In this document: positions 44,141 to 53,722 of the stretch, piece after piece
How positions within the stretch are numbered: position 1 is the first letter of the stretch
How the letters are laid out: each line of letters opens with the position of its first letter
DNA from: Gemmatimonadota bacterium
Lineage (GTDB): Bacteria > Gemmatimonadota > Gemmatimonadetes > Palauibacterales > Palauibacteraceae
DNA: 54,360 nt
NCBI GenBank assembly: GCA_039588275.1
Contig: JBDHAC010000023.1
Coordinates: 1 to 54,360 of the forward strand
Direction: 5' to 3'
Notes under the pieces: model-generated
The model's database searches: none
What the model was told of the DNA's origin: nothing
The model's input: the letters and a program-made list of their open reading frames with translations, nothing else
Position numbers and translations under genes: made by a program

Positions 44141-45331
44141 GTGAAGAGATTTGCAGCGCGACTTGGACGCCCCGGACTCGCGGGCTCATGCGCCCTGCTC
44201 GCCACCGTCTTCGTTGCTTGCGGCGATGACGAACCGACCCAACCTCCGCCTGGCGCAGCGTTCAATGTCGCCCCTGTGGCGCAGGAGCTTTCCGAAGTCA
44301 CGGAGGGCCTGAGCACGCTGAATGACGCACTAAATTCGCTGAACGGGCTCGGCGGGAGCATCGCCCAGGTGATGGGACCCGGCGGGTTCCCGCCGTCGAT
44401 CGCCGAGCGTGTCCCTGAGGTACAGCTGGATCGAGTGCCGCAGGTCGAGAGCGGACATGGGCACTCTCCCGTACTCTCGGTGCTCTCCTCGCGGCGGCCT
44501 GCTCCTGCGGTCCTCCCTCTCCCGAGCTTCCTCCTGGCCCCGCTCGGGCTCACGTGCGTCTGGAACGTCGCGACCGATGGGTGGCATGGCGGCGAGAACA
44601 TCTTCGGTGACCCGCCGAGCGACGGAACCTTCTTCGAGCTCTACACCACGGACGGTTTTGGGCGCCCGCAGGAGCCTTTGGCCCCGTTAGCGGGCAGCGC
44701 ATTCAGCTCGGTGCGTCTCCTCTCGCAAAGATCCGTCTTCGACATCGAGACGGTTACGCGGCAATCCGGGCAGACCGTCCTCGACGTCAGAACTCAGGGC
44801 ACAGCCAGCAGCTTCGACATCTGGGATGTGGCGATCCGGGACGGGATGTTGAGTTCCGGCACGACGGTTCTCGACTTCAACGTCGATCTGAGCCCGACAG
44901 TCTTCCAGGGCAGTGGTACCGTACGCGACATCTTCATCTCCGAGACACTTACAGCGGGCGCGAGCGATGGGACGCTCGTCGTCGAGGTGCGTAAGACAGG
45001 GGACGGCGCCCAGACGATCCTGTTCACCATTCAGTTCGGGCTCCAAGCGCCGTTTCCGATCACGTCCGGATCCGTGACGATCGATGGCGCCACTGTCGCC
45101 TCTGTCTCGGGCTCTTCACTCGGTGCCCCGGTCATTACGGTGACCGACGACCGGTTCCCAACCTCGCAGCGAGTACTGCTCGGTGACATCTTCGGTGACA
45201 GTGACCAACTCGCACTCGAGCTCTTCGACGTCACTCTCTTCGGGGCTTGCATCGGAGCGGAGGACATCGCCGTGAACTCGGCGACTGGGGAGTCGGCGTT
45301 TTGCGACTTTCTCGTATCCCCGGCGGGGTAG
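44141..45331 (+). CDS. Lipoprotein of unknown function
   Basis: GGAGG RBS before GTG; lipobox FVA-C followed by GDDEPT; beta-rich C-terminus. Confidence 0.75.
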   Translation: MKRFAARLGRPGLAGSCALLATVFVACGDDEPTQPPPGAAFNVAPVAQELSEVTEGLSTLNDALNSLNGLGGSIAQVMGPGGFPPSIAERVPEVQLDRVPQVESGHGHSPVLSVLSSRRPAPAVLPLPSFLLAPLGLTCVWNVATDGWHGGENIFGDPPSDGTFFELYTTDGFGRPQEPLAPLAGSAFSSVRLLSQRSVFDIETVTRQSGQTVLDVRTQGTASSFDIWDVAIRDGMLSSGTTVLDFNVDLSPTVFQGSGTVRDIFISETLTAGASDGTLVVEVRKTGDGAQTILFTIQFGLQAPFPITSGSVTIDGATVASVSGSSLGAPVITVTDDRFPTSQRVLLGDIFGDSDQLALELFDVTLFGACIGAEDIAVNSATGESAFCDFLVSPAG

Positions 45332-45568
45332 CCGGCGTCTCACGCACCTCTTGCGATCGATTAGTTAACCGCCCTTCTGGGAGCCCGTTGTCGGCGAGCT
45401 CCCAGAAGGTTGCCGGTATTTGACGGCGAGGAAGCAGAGTGCGTCCATCAAATGGTCGGCGCAGTCCGTCACCGACACCCTCCTCGAACACCCGGCAGAG
45501 GTTGGCACGGGAAGGTCGGGACCCGACATTTAGGTAGCCACGAGGTACTATTTGTAGGACGGTAGAGA

Positions 45569-46354
45569 ATGAGTGGATCGCGCTCTCATCATCTGTGTAA
45601 GGGCCGGGCGGCGTGGGTTGGAGTCTGCGTGGGAGCCACGCTGGCCCTGTCCGCGCCTCGCCTGAATGCGCAAGAACCGCTTGTCGGCATACGCATGATC
45701 GCGACGTACAACCCCGCCAGCGACGCCCGGACCTTTGAGGTGCTCGAGCCCCTCAGCGGGAGCGAGATCCTCGCCCTGCAAGCCGCTCTTGCTCGGGTCG
45801 GTGGCGATCCGGGTCCGCTCGATGGGCGACTCGGTCCCGGCACCCTGGGCGCGCTGGAGCGCTTTCAGCGGGAGCGCGGACTCCGGGTCTGTGGCTGCGT
45901 GACCTACGAAACCATCATCGCGCTGGCTCTGAGGCCCCTCGTCGTCCAAACCGTCATCGGGCCCGCGGCGGAAGCGCACGATATCGAAGTGATCCTCCCG
46001 ACCGGTCCTCCGCCCGCGCGCCAGGAGCTACCAGCGGTCCCGGCCGCACCCGCGGTCCCGGCGGGGGAGGGCGCGGAGCCTACACGGACCCAACCGGCCA
46101 GCCACCTGGATGCAGGCTGGTGGGTTCCGGTGTTCCCGCTACACCCGCCGTTTCTGGAGCCGATGCGGGGGTCCGGAGGCCCCGGACGGGGGAAGGGCGG
46201 TGACCGGGGTGGGACAGGGGGGCGTGGCGGCATCCTCATCGGCCCGGGAGCGACCGGAGGTGGCGTGAGAACCGGGGGAGTGCGAGTGATCTCACCACCC
46301 GCACGGGGCGCACCGCGGCCCGCACCGCCGCGGCGTCCTCGCCCGCCGAAGTGA
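45569..46354 (+). CDS. Exported peptidoglycan-binding-domain protein with a Pro/Gly-rich tail
   Basis: Signal peptide; ILALQAALARVGGDPGPLDGRLGPGTLGALERFQRERGL (PG_binding_1 pattern). Confidence 0.75.
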   Translation: MSGSRSHHLCKGRAAWVGVCVGATLALSAPRLNAQEPLVGIRMIATYNPASDARTFEVLEPLSGSEILALQAALARVGGDPGPLDGRLGPGTLGALERFQRERGLRVCGCVTYETIIALALRPLVVQTVIGPAAEAHDIEVILPTGPPPARQELPAVPAAPAVPAGEGAEPTRTQPASHLDAGWWVPVFPLHPPFLEPMRGSGGPGRGKGGDRGGTGGRGGILIGPGATGGGVRTGGVRVISPPARGAPRPAPPRRPRPPK

Positions 46355-47904
46355 CAGGCGGCTCTCACGGCGAGCCGCCGGGAGTGGCGGAGCGTCCCCG
46401 GCTCCCAGACCTCCGAGCCGCCGATGATCCGCTACGCGCGCGGGCCCTCGAGCTGGAGCTTGCCGCCCGTCCTCTCGAGCCCGACGCCGCAGAGCGGGAG
46501 GTGATCCGGGGCGCCGTCGTCGAGTACGTCGAGCGTTTCCTCCACGAGCTTCCCGAGCGCCTCACGTACGATGCCGACAAACGCCCCGCCAAGAGGCTGC
46601 GCGACCTGCCGATCGGGACCGAGCCGCCCTCCATCGACGCGCTGCTCCGTATGATCGACGAGTGCGTGATCCATCCCGGGATCCTGCCTTCCTCCGGAGG
46701 GCACCTGGGCTACATCCCCGGCGGAGGGCTCTACACCTCCGCGCTCGGCGACTACATCGCGGCCGTCACCAACGAGTACGCGGGGATTCGTTTCGCCGGG
46801 CCGGGCTCGGTCGAGATGGAGAATCTCGTCCTCGACTGGATGGCCGAGCTCGTCGGCTACCCCGCGGGGTCGGGCGGCAATCACACGTCCGGGGGCTCGA
46901 TCGCGAACCTGATCGCGGTCGTGACCGCCCGCGACGCGCACGGGCTCGAGGCGAAGGACTTCTCGCGCGCCGTCGTATATCTCACCAGCCACGCACACCA
47001 TTGCTTCGACAAAGCGCTTCGTATCGCCGGGCTGGGGGAATGCGTGCGGCGGATGGTGCCGCTCGACGACGGCTACAAAATGATCCCCGCCGAGCTGGAT
47101 CGAGCCATTCGCGAGGATCGCGAATCCGGTCTCAGACCCTGGCTGGTCATGGCCTCGGCCGGCACCACGGACGTGGGCGCGATCGATCCGCTCCCCGAGC
47201 TCGGCCCGATCGCTCGCGAGCACGGCCTCTGGTTCCACGTCGACGCGGCGTACGGCGGTTTCTTCGCGCTCGTCGACGAGTGCAGGCCACGACTCGCCGG
47301 GATGGAGCTGTCGGACACGATCGTCCTCGACCCGCACAAGGGGCTCTTCCTGCCCTACGGGAGCGGCGCCGTGCTCGCGCGTGACAGGGTCGCGATGGCG
47401 CGAGCGCACGCGTATCACGCGCACTACATGCAGGACACCGTCGCGGAAGAATCGCGGGAGATTGGCTCTCCCGCGGAGCTCTCGCCCGAGCTCACGAAGC
47501 ACTTCCGAGGTCTGCGGGTATGGTTGCCTCTGCTGCTGCACGGGATCGCGCCGTTCAGCGCGTGCCTGGAAGAGAAACTATTCCTCGCGAGGTACTTTCA
47601 CCGGGAAGTGCAGCGGCTGGGATTCGAGGTCGGTCCGGAGCCCGAACTGACCGTCGTGACATATCGTTGGGTTCCTGAGGAGGGGGCTGCCAACGCGTTC
47701 AACCGGGCGCTCATCGAGGAAATCCACCAGGACGGTCGTGTGTTTCTCTCTTCCACGATGCTGGATGAGACGTTCGTGCTACGGCTCGCACCGCTCGCGT
47801 TTCGAACGCACCTGGACACGATCGATCTGACATTGGAGATCCTACGTGAGAAGGTCCGGAAGCTGGAGCAGGAGGGAGCGGGTGTTTCGCGCCAAACGAC
47901 GTGA
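46351..47904 (+). CDS. Group II PLP-dependent amino-acid decarboxylase
   Basis: TSGGSIAN, AGTTDVGAIDP, WFHVDAAYGG and DPHK (PLP-binding lysine). Confidence 0.92.
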   Translation: MTGGSHGEPPGVAERPRLPDLRAADDPLRARALELELAARPLEPDAAEREVIRGAVVEYVERFLHELPERLTYDADKRPAKRLRDLPIGTEPPSIDALLRMIDECVIHPGILPSSGGHLGYIPGGGLYTSALGDYIAAVTNEYAGIRFAGPGSVEMENLVLDWMAELVGYPAGSGGNHTSGGSIANLIAVVTARDAHGLEAKDFSRAVVYLTSHAHHCFDKALRIAGLGECVRRMVPLDDGYKMIPAELDRAIREDRESGLRPWLVMASAGTTDVGAIDPLPELGPIAREHGLWFHVDAAYGGFFALVDECRPRLAGMELSDTIVLDPHKGLFLPYGSGAVLARDRVAMARAHAYHAHYMQDTVAEESREIGSPAELSPELTKHFRGLRVWLPLLLHGIAPFSACLEEKLFLARYFHREVQRLGFEVGPEPELTVVTYRWVPEEGAANAFNRALIEEIHQDGRVFLSSTMLDETFVLRLAPLAFRTHLDTIDLTLEILREKVRKLEQEGAGVSRQTT

Positions 47905-47917
47905 CCGGGGCGTCAGC

Positions 47918-49225
47918 ATGAGAGCCTGGGGCGTGTGCATGGTTGCAGGTGGAGTCGCGGCCATTGCGGTCTCCCCGGCGATTCTGGTTGGGCAGGTGGG
48001 GCCGGACTGGGACCCCTTCGTCGAGGTCTACGTCCCCCACACGCCGGTATTGGCGTTTCCAGCGGATAGGCAGCTCCGCGCGGCGTACGAGCTTCACATC
48101 ACGAACCTCACGAGCTCGGCGATCGATCTGGAGCGTGTCGAAGTGTGGCCTGCCCCGGCGACCAAGGGGGAGGTACAGCGCCAGGGCACACCGTCGGGCG
48201 GCGGCGCGCTCCCGAACGCCGCCCAGCCGTTGCTCCGCCTGGAGGACCTCCGACTGCGCAACGCCCTCATGCGTCCCGGGCTGGGGGCGAACCCGCAGGA
48301 GCCGCAACGAATCGGACCTGGCCTGCGGGCCGTCGTTTGGGTGTGGCTCGATCTGACCGGGGTCGCGCACGGCAAGCTGGAGCTGGAGCACGCGCTCACC
48401 ATCCGGCGTCTGGACACCCGTGAGGGTCTCGAAGGGGACGAGGCGGAGATGCCTGGGTCGGAGATGTCCGAGGCGGAGAGCCTGGCTGCGGGAACCGCGG
48501 GCGAAGCGCGTCTCCTGAGGATAGCCCCCGTCCGGCTGGAGACGCTCGCTCCCGTGGTGATCGGTCCGCCGCTAAGTGGAGGACCGTGGATCGTGGGAAA
48601 CGGGCCCTCCAACTTCACGCACCATCGTCGCGCCCTCATTCCGATGGACGGCCGAGTGCGGATCGCGCAGCGCTTCGCGATCGACTACGCGCTCCTGAAC
48701 GACGCCGGTCGCCCGTGGATCGGTGATCAGGCCGACAACGCCAGCTATCACGGGTACGGTGCGGACGTGCTCGCGGTGGCCGACGGAACGGTGGTCGATC
48801 TAAAGGACGAGATTCCCGAGAACGTCCCGGGCCTCACCTCGCGCGCGGTCGAGATCACGATGGCGACCGTGGCGGGGAATTACGTGACCCTCGAGATTGG
48901 CGAATCGCGCTACGCGTTCTACGCCCACCTGCAACCGGGGAGCCTGCGCGTCCGTGTCGGTGACCGCGTCCGCCGCGGCGACGTGCTCGGTGCCCTGGGG
49001 AACTCGGGGAACTCGACCGCCCCACACCTGCACTTTCACGTTTCCGACGGGAACTCGCCCCTCGGTGCCGAAGGGATCCCCTACGTGATCGACTCGTTCG
49101 ATGTGATCGGTCGCGGAGCTTTTTGGAATCGGGCGCGTGCGACCGCCCCCGTTCGGCACGAGAAAGAGCTTCCGCTCGCCAACATGGTGATCCAATTCCC
49201 CGACTCGCCCGACCCTGACAAGTGA
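47918..49225 (+). CDS. M23-family metallopeptidase, exported
   Basis: QRFAIDY, VLAVADG, GNYV, YAHLQPGS and GNSGNSTAPHLHF; N-terminal signal. Confidence 0.88.
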   Translation: MRAWGVCMVAGGVAAIAVSPAILVGQVGPDWDPFVEVYVPHTPVLAFPADRQLRAAYELHITNLTSSAIDLERVEVWPAPATKGEVQRQGTPSGGGALPNAAQPLLRLEDLRLRNALMRPGLGANPQEPQRIGPGLRAVVWVWLDLTGVAHGKLELEHALTIRRLDTREGLEGDEAEMPGSEMSEAESLAAGTAGEARLLRIAPVRLETLAPVVIGPPLSGGPWIVGNGPSNFTHHRRALIPMDGRVRIAQRFAIDYALLNDAGRPWIGDQADNASYHGYGADVLAVADGTVVDLKDEIPENVPGLTSRAVEITMATVAGNYVTLEIGESRYAFYAHLQPGSLRVRVGDRVRRGDVLGALGNSGNSTAPHLHFHVSDGNSPLGAEGIPYVIDSFDVIGRGAFWNRARATAPVRHEKELPLANMVIQFPDSPDPDK

Positions 49226-49294
49226 GCGGGTGCCGGCGCGTAGGAGAGTTGGCTGGAGACAATACGCCCACGCGCAGTCGGGATCATCAGCCGG

Positions 49295-50632
49295 ATGGAC
49301 ATGACATCATATAATACTGTCACAAAATACGTTATCGCGTGCAGTCTCGTGTTGTTTGTAGGCTGTGCGGTCGAGGTGGGTGGAGAAGACGGCGTGGCCC
49401 TGCCGGGGCTGGAGATGGGTGAGGTGGAGTTTCGGCGGCCCGCCGGCAGCGGCGAGCCGCACCTGTTCGCGACGCCGGATGGCGCCGCGCTTCTCACCTG
49501 GCTCGAGCCCGTTCAGGCTCAGGCATCGCCCGGCTCCGAGCGAAGACGGCCGGGGTCCGATGTGCACGCGCTCCGGCTGGCCGTGCGCCGCGACGGGGCA
49601 TGGTCGGAGCCGATCACGATCCGCGAGAGCGATCGCTTTTTCGTGAACTGGGCAGACTTCCCTTCGGCCATACAACTGGCGGACGGTACGGTCGTCACGC
49701 ACTGGCTGGAGAAGGTGGCAGACGCTCCCTACGCCTACCACGCCATGCTCGCGCTGTCCGACGACGGTGGTCTCACGTGGAGCGAGCCGAGGCCCGCGCA
49801 CAGCGACGATTCCCCGACGGAGCACGGGTTCGTATCGCTGATTCCGTGGGAGGACGGCGCGGCGGTCGTGTGGCTGGACGGCCGTGCCATGTGGGACCCG
49901 AGCGCGTCGAGCGCGTCGGGCGATGTCAGCGGCGGGGCGGAGCGCGAGGCGAGGGGGGACATGTCCCTGCGCTTCACGACCGTGGCGGCGGACGGGACCC
50001 TGGGGCCGGAGGTACTCCTGGACGACCGGACGTGCGAGTGCTGTCAAACATCACTGGCACGCACCTCGGAGGGGCTCGTAGCCGCGTACCGCGACCGGAG
50101 CGAGGGGGAGATTCGGGACATCGGGATCGTTCGCGGAAGGGGCGAAGGGTGGACCGAGCCGGCGCTCGTTGCCGAGGAGGGCTGGCAGATTTCGGGGTGT
50201 CCGGTGAACGGACCCCAACTGTCCTCCTCCGGTCTTCGGGTCATGTCCGCGTGGTTCACCGGGGAGGGGGACGAGCCGCGGGTGCATGTTGCCTTCTCCG
50301 AGGACGGCGGCGCGACTTTCGCCGCGGCGATTCGCGCGGACGAGGGTACACCCGTCGGCCGCGTCGACGTCGAGCTCCTCGACGACGGCGCGGGTCTGGT
50401 CGTCTGGCTGGAGGCCGCGGATGGGGAGCCCCGGATCCTCGCACGAGCCATGAGTCCCGAAGGGGACGTGGGGCCGCCGGTGATCATCGTCACCGAGACG
50501 AGCGGTGCCCGCGCCAGCGGCTTCCCACGCATGGCGCGCGTCGGGGATGAGATCCTGTTCGCCTGGACCTTCCCCGGCGAAGAAGGTGGGATCCGCGTGC
50601 GTGCGGGCCGGATCGCTAGAGGACGGGAGTGA
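49295..50632 (+). CDS. BNR/Asp-box (sialidase-like) beta-propeller lipoprotein
   Basis: Lipobox FVG-C; Asp-boxes SDDGGLTWS and SEDGGATF; FVNWADFP, CECC and CPVNGP. Confidence 0.85.
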   Translation: MDMTSYNTVTKYVIACSLVLFVGCAVEVGGEDGVALPGLEMGEVEFRRPAGSGEPHLFATPDGAALLTWLEPVQAQASPGSERRRPGSDVHALRLAVRRDGAWSEPITIRESDRFFVNWADFPSAIQLADGTVVTHWLEKVADAPYAYHAMLALSDDGGLTWSEPRPAHSDDSPTEHGFVSLIPWEDGAAVVWLDGRAMWDPSASSASGDVSGGAEREARGDMSLRFTTVAADGTLGPEVLLDDRTCECCQTSLARTSEGLVAAYRDRSEGEIRDIGIVRGRGEGWTEPALVAEEGWQISGCPVNGPQLSSSGLRVMSAWFTGEGDEPRVHVAFSEDGGATFAAAIRADEGTPVGRVDVELLDDGAGLVVWLEAADGEPRILARAMSPEGDVGPPVIIVTETSGARASGFPRMARVGDEILFAWTFPGEEGGIRVRAGRIARGRE

Positions 50633-52378
50633 TCAAGCGCGGATCTCCAGGCCGATGCGCTCGAGCAGGGTGATGAAGCGCGGTTCATCGCTCAAACTCG
50701 CGTAAGCGGGTTCCACGCCCAGGAACGCGAGCGGCCAGCAGCGTCGCGCGCACGCCTCCTCCAATCGCGCCAGAGCATCGTTCGTTCGGCCGAGAGCCAG
50801 TGCGACGAGCGCTCGGTTATCGGGTGGGATCCGTTCGCTCGACGAGCCGGTTTCGAGGGCACCGAAGACCTCGACGGCCTCCGCGCGTCTTCCGGCTAGC
50901 GCCAGTGCCTGGGCGCGGAATGCTTCCAGCCCCGGCTGATCTTCCAGCCGCTCGGACCACTCCCCGTACAAGGCGGCCGCTTTTTCGTGCTCGCCGGCCT
51001 GCACGTAGGCGGGCCCAAGGAACCACGGGATGATCACGAAGTCGGGGTTGAGGGCGAGGATGTCCTCATAGCGTGCGATCGCCTCCTCGTACTGACCCGT
51101 GAAGTACTTCAACCACCCGTTCCCCGTCGCGATGCTGAGCGAAAGAGGGTCCAATGACTGAGCTCGAGCGAGCGTGTCCTCTGCTTCCGTGAAGCGCCCC
51201 ATGGCCATCAGAAACTCGGCGTACCAATGGAGAGCCGTCGAGTAGTTGGGATTGAGCCCGATGGCGTGGCGGAATCCATCTTCGGCGCCGGCCCAGTCCC
51301 AGTCGTACAGAAACTTCGCGTAGGCGAGCGACGAGTGGGCCTCGGCCAGCGAGTCGTCGACCTCGATCGCGGCTTGTGCTGCCCACTTCGTCTTCCCGAA
51401 AGCCTCTTCCGGGGTCAGGTGCCGGTACCAGCCGAGCAGACTGTACGAGTCGGCCAGGCCCGAGTACGCGAGCGCGAATCGATCATCGGCCTCGAGTGCC
51501 CGCTCATAGAACTCGATGCTCTCTCGCAGGTCGTCACCGGTTCGCCGATTCCACACGTACCGACCCTTTAGGTAGTGACCGTAGGCCTCCAGGCTTTCGG
51601 TGCAGCACCGGATCGCGTCCTTTCCACCCGCTCGCAGTAGCTCCAATCGAAGCCGATCCGCGATCGCGCACGCGATATCGTCCTGGATGTCGAACACATC
51701 TGTCGCGGGGCGGTCGTACGTTTCGGACCACAGGTGGAAGCCATCGGCTGTATCGATGAGCTGTGCCGTCACACGCAGCCTCTCGCCTCGGCGCTGCACG
51801 CTTCCTTCCACGACCGTTGCGACTCTGAGCTGGCCGCCGATTTTCGTGACGTCGAGGTTCAAGCCCCTGAACGCGAAGCTTGACGTTCGGGCAGCGACAC
51901 GGAGGTCGGGCACCTTGGCGAGCCGGTGAATCAGCTCTTCGGCGATGCCGTCGCTCAGGTATTCGTCCTCTGAGCCCGCCCCCATGTTCATGAAGGGCAG
52001 TACCGCGATCGACTTCTCCGCCGGACCCTCCCGAGGTTCCTCGACGACGGTTGTGTCCTCGCTGCGATCCACGACCGCCACCTCGCTCGCGGCGTCCTCG
52101 ACTGGGGCTACAGATGGCCCGAGCGGATCAGTGCGCTTGAGGCCCGAGCGCGTCAGATCGAACGTCCACGCGAGCGCGAGGGCGATCGGAAAGCCGACCA
52201 GGGTGACGATCACGACCCAATCGTAGACCTGATCGGGCAGCTGGAGTGTGGGAGAGATGAGATCGGTACCCTCGATGAACGCGAAGCCGACCATCAGGTA
52301 AAGGACTGCGAAGCGGAGAACCCGCCGCCGCTTTAGTTCCGAGACGAACGTACCGAGCTTCGAGTCAAGATTCGTCAT
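50633..52378 (-). CDS. Membrane protein with a TolB-like domain and TPR repeats (adenylate-cyclase-associated type)
   Basis: ELKRRRV plus two TMs; KSIAVLPF.NM, DGIAEE, ARTSSF and WSETYDR; multiple TPRs. Confidence 0.88.
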   Translation of the reverse strand: MTNLDSKLGTFVSELKRRRVLRFAVLYLMVGFAFIEGTDLISPTLQLPDQVYDWVVIVTLVGFPIALALAWTFDLTRSGLKRTDPLGPSVAPVEDAASEVAVVDRSEDTTVVEEPREGPAEKSIAVLPFMNMGAGSEDEYLSDGIAEELIHRLAKVPDLRVAARTSSFAFRGLNLDVTKIGGQLRVATVVEGSVQRRGERLRVTAQLIDTADGFHLWSETYDRPATDVFDIQDDIACAIADRLRLELLRAGGKDAIRCCTESLEAYGHYLKGRYVWNRRTGDDLRESIEFYERALEADDRFALAYSGLADSYSLLGWYRHLTPEEAFGKTKWAAQAAIEVDDSLAEAHSSLAYAKFLYDWDWAGAEDGFRHAIGLNPNYSTALHWYAEFLMAMGRFTEAEDTLARAQSLDPLSLSIATGNGWLKYFTGQYEEAIARYEDILALNPDFVIIPWFLGPAYVQAGEHEKAAALYGEWSERLEDQPGLEAFRAQALALAGRRAEAVEVFGALETGSSSERIPPDNRALVALALGRTNDALARLEEACARRCWPLAFLGVEPAYASLSDEPRFITLLERIGLEIRA

Positions 52379-52403
52379 GCGGGGAGCTCAGCGAGTGAGC
52401 GTT

Positions 52404-53498
52404 CTAATTGGGTGCAATGATCGCCTTCGTGACCCGCAGCTTCGACACGTCTTCTAGGGCTTCGGTTGCCTGCTCGAGCCCGTAACGCCCACCGATCACA
52501 TCGGCGAACGGTAGGCGATCACGGTGCTTGGCGAGCATGCGAAGCGCGCGCACGACATGGCGGAAATCGGTGCCCCATTGCCCGAGGACCTCCGCGTGCT
52601 TGCGGTTGATGTCGAGGTGAGGATTGATCTCCACGCCTCCCGCGTCGGTGTAATGTCCGGCGACGACGTACGTCCCCCCTTCTCGCAGGAGTGCAAACCC
52701 CTCGGGAATGGCTGCGGGATTCCCACTCGCTTCGATCACGACATCGGCGCCGCGCCCGCCCGTAAGCTCACGAACGCTGTCCGCGCGCTCGTCAGGCGTG
52801 AGGTCCTGAAGTGAGAGCGACACGTCGGCTCCGAGCGTCGTCGCCAGCTCGAGACGAGCCGCCGGCGCGCCAATGACGATGACGAGACCGGCGCCTCGCA
52901 ACGCCGAGAAGGCGGCAGCCGCCAGTCCGACCGGTCCCGAGCCCTGCACCAACACCACGTCACCCATCTCGAACTCCGACCGCTCTACGGCGCCGAAGCC
53001 CGTGAACAGGCCGCACCCACCCCCGATGACGTCGTCCGGGCCCAGGCCCTCGGGCAGCCTGAACGTCTTGACGCCCGGCTTCAGGTAGATTCGCTCTGAC
53101 CAGCCGCCGAGAGGTCCTTCGTTAGCCGAGTACGTGATCCCGTACACGCGCCGATGGGGACACCGGTTCGGCTGACGGGCAACGAGACAGTAGAAACAGG
53201 CGTTGCAGGCCCCATGGACATCGTAGAACGTGACGACGTCCCCCGGCGCGAGCGGCTCGCCTACGGCGTCACGCTCCACTCCGGCGATATCGAGAATCCG
53301 CCCCACGCTGACGTGTCCGGGGATAATGGGATAGGGCACACCGGCTAGCTGTCCCTGGTGGAGGTGCACATCGGTGCCACACACTTCACTGGCGATCGTC
53401 TGCAGGAGGATGGCTCCCGGCTCCAGCACCGGATCATCAAGCGTCCAGAGCTCGAGCGGAACGTTGGGTGCGCTCATCACAGCGGCCCGGATCGGCAT
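52404..53498 (-). CDS. Zinc-dependent medium-chain alcohol dehydrogenase
   Basis: CGTD, GH, CNACFYC..C and GSGPVG. TAGACT lies 6 nt before the ATG (leaderless-type). Confidence 0.92.
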   Translation of the reverse strand: MPIRAAVMSAPNVPLELWTLDDPVLEPGAILLQTIASEVCGTDVHLHQGQLAGVPYPIIPGHVSVGRILDIAGVERDAVGEPLAPGDVVTFYDVHGACNACFYCLVARQPNRCPHRRVYGITYSANEGPLGGWSERIYLKPGVKTFRLPEGLGPDDVIGGGCGLFTGFGAVERSEFEMGDVVLVQGSGPVGLAAAAFSALRGAGLVIVIGAPAARLELATTLGADVSLSLQDLTPDERADSVRELTGGRGADVVIEASGNPAAIPEGFALLREGGTYVVAGHYTDAGGVEINPHLDINRKHAEVLGQWGTDFRHVVRALRMLAKHRDRLPFADVIGGRYGLEQATEALEDVSKLRVTKAIIAPN

Positions 53499-53722
53499 GG
53501 ACTCAGTCTAACGCGCACCGCTTGGGGAAGGGAAGCGCCGCGCCGGGGGGGTGGCCGGGCAGCTCTGAGAAGGAGTCGGAACTCGGTGTGTGGTGCATCC
53601 AGAGCCAGGCTCCACCTCCTGCCCGGCCGTATCCGCTATCTAATACCCCAAAGGGGCACCGACGGCCCGGGTCCCCGTCCGCACGATTTGGAGCGGACCC
53701 GTTGCTCGTCTGTTCAGCACGA

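Noticed and set aside
45569..49225. PG-binding protein and M23 peptidase as T6SS wall-remodelling factors
   Set aside because: They lie more than 7 kb from the locus, interleaved with unrelated genes, and belong to common families; nothing in the sequence ties them to the T6SS.
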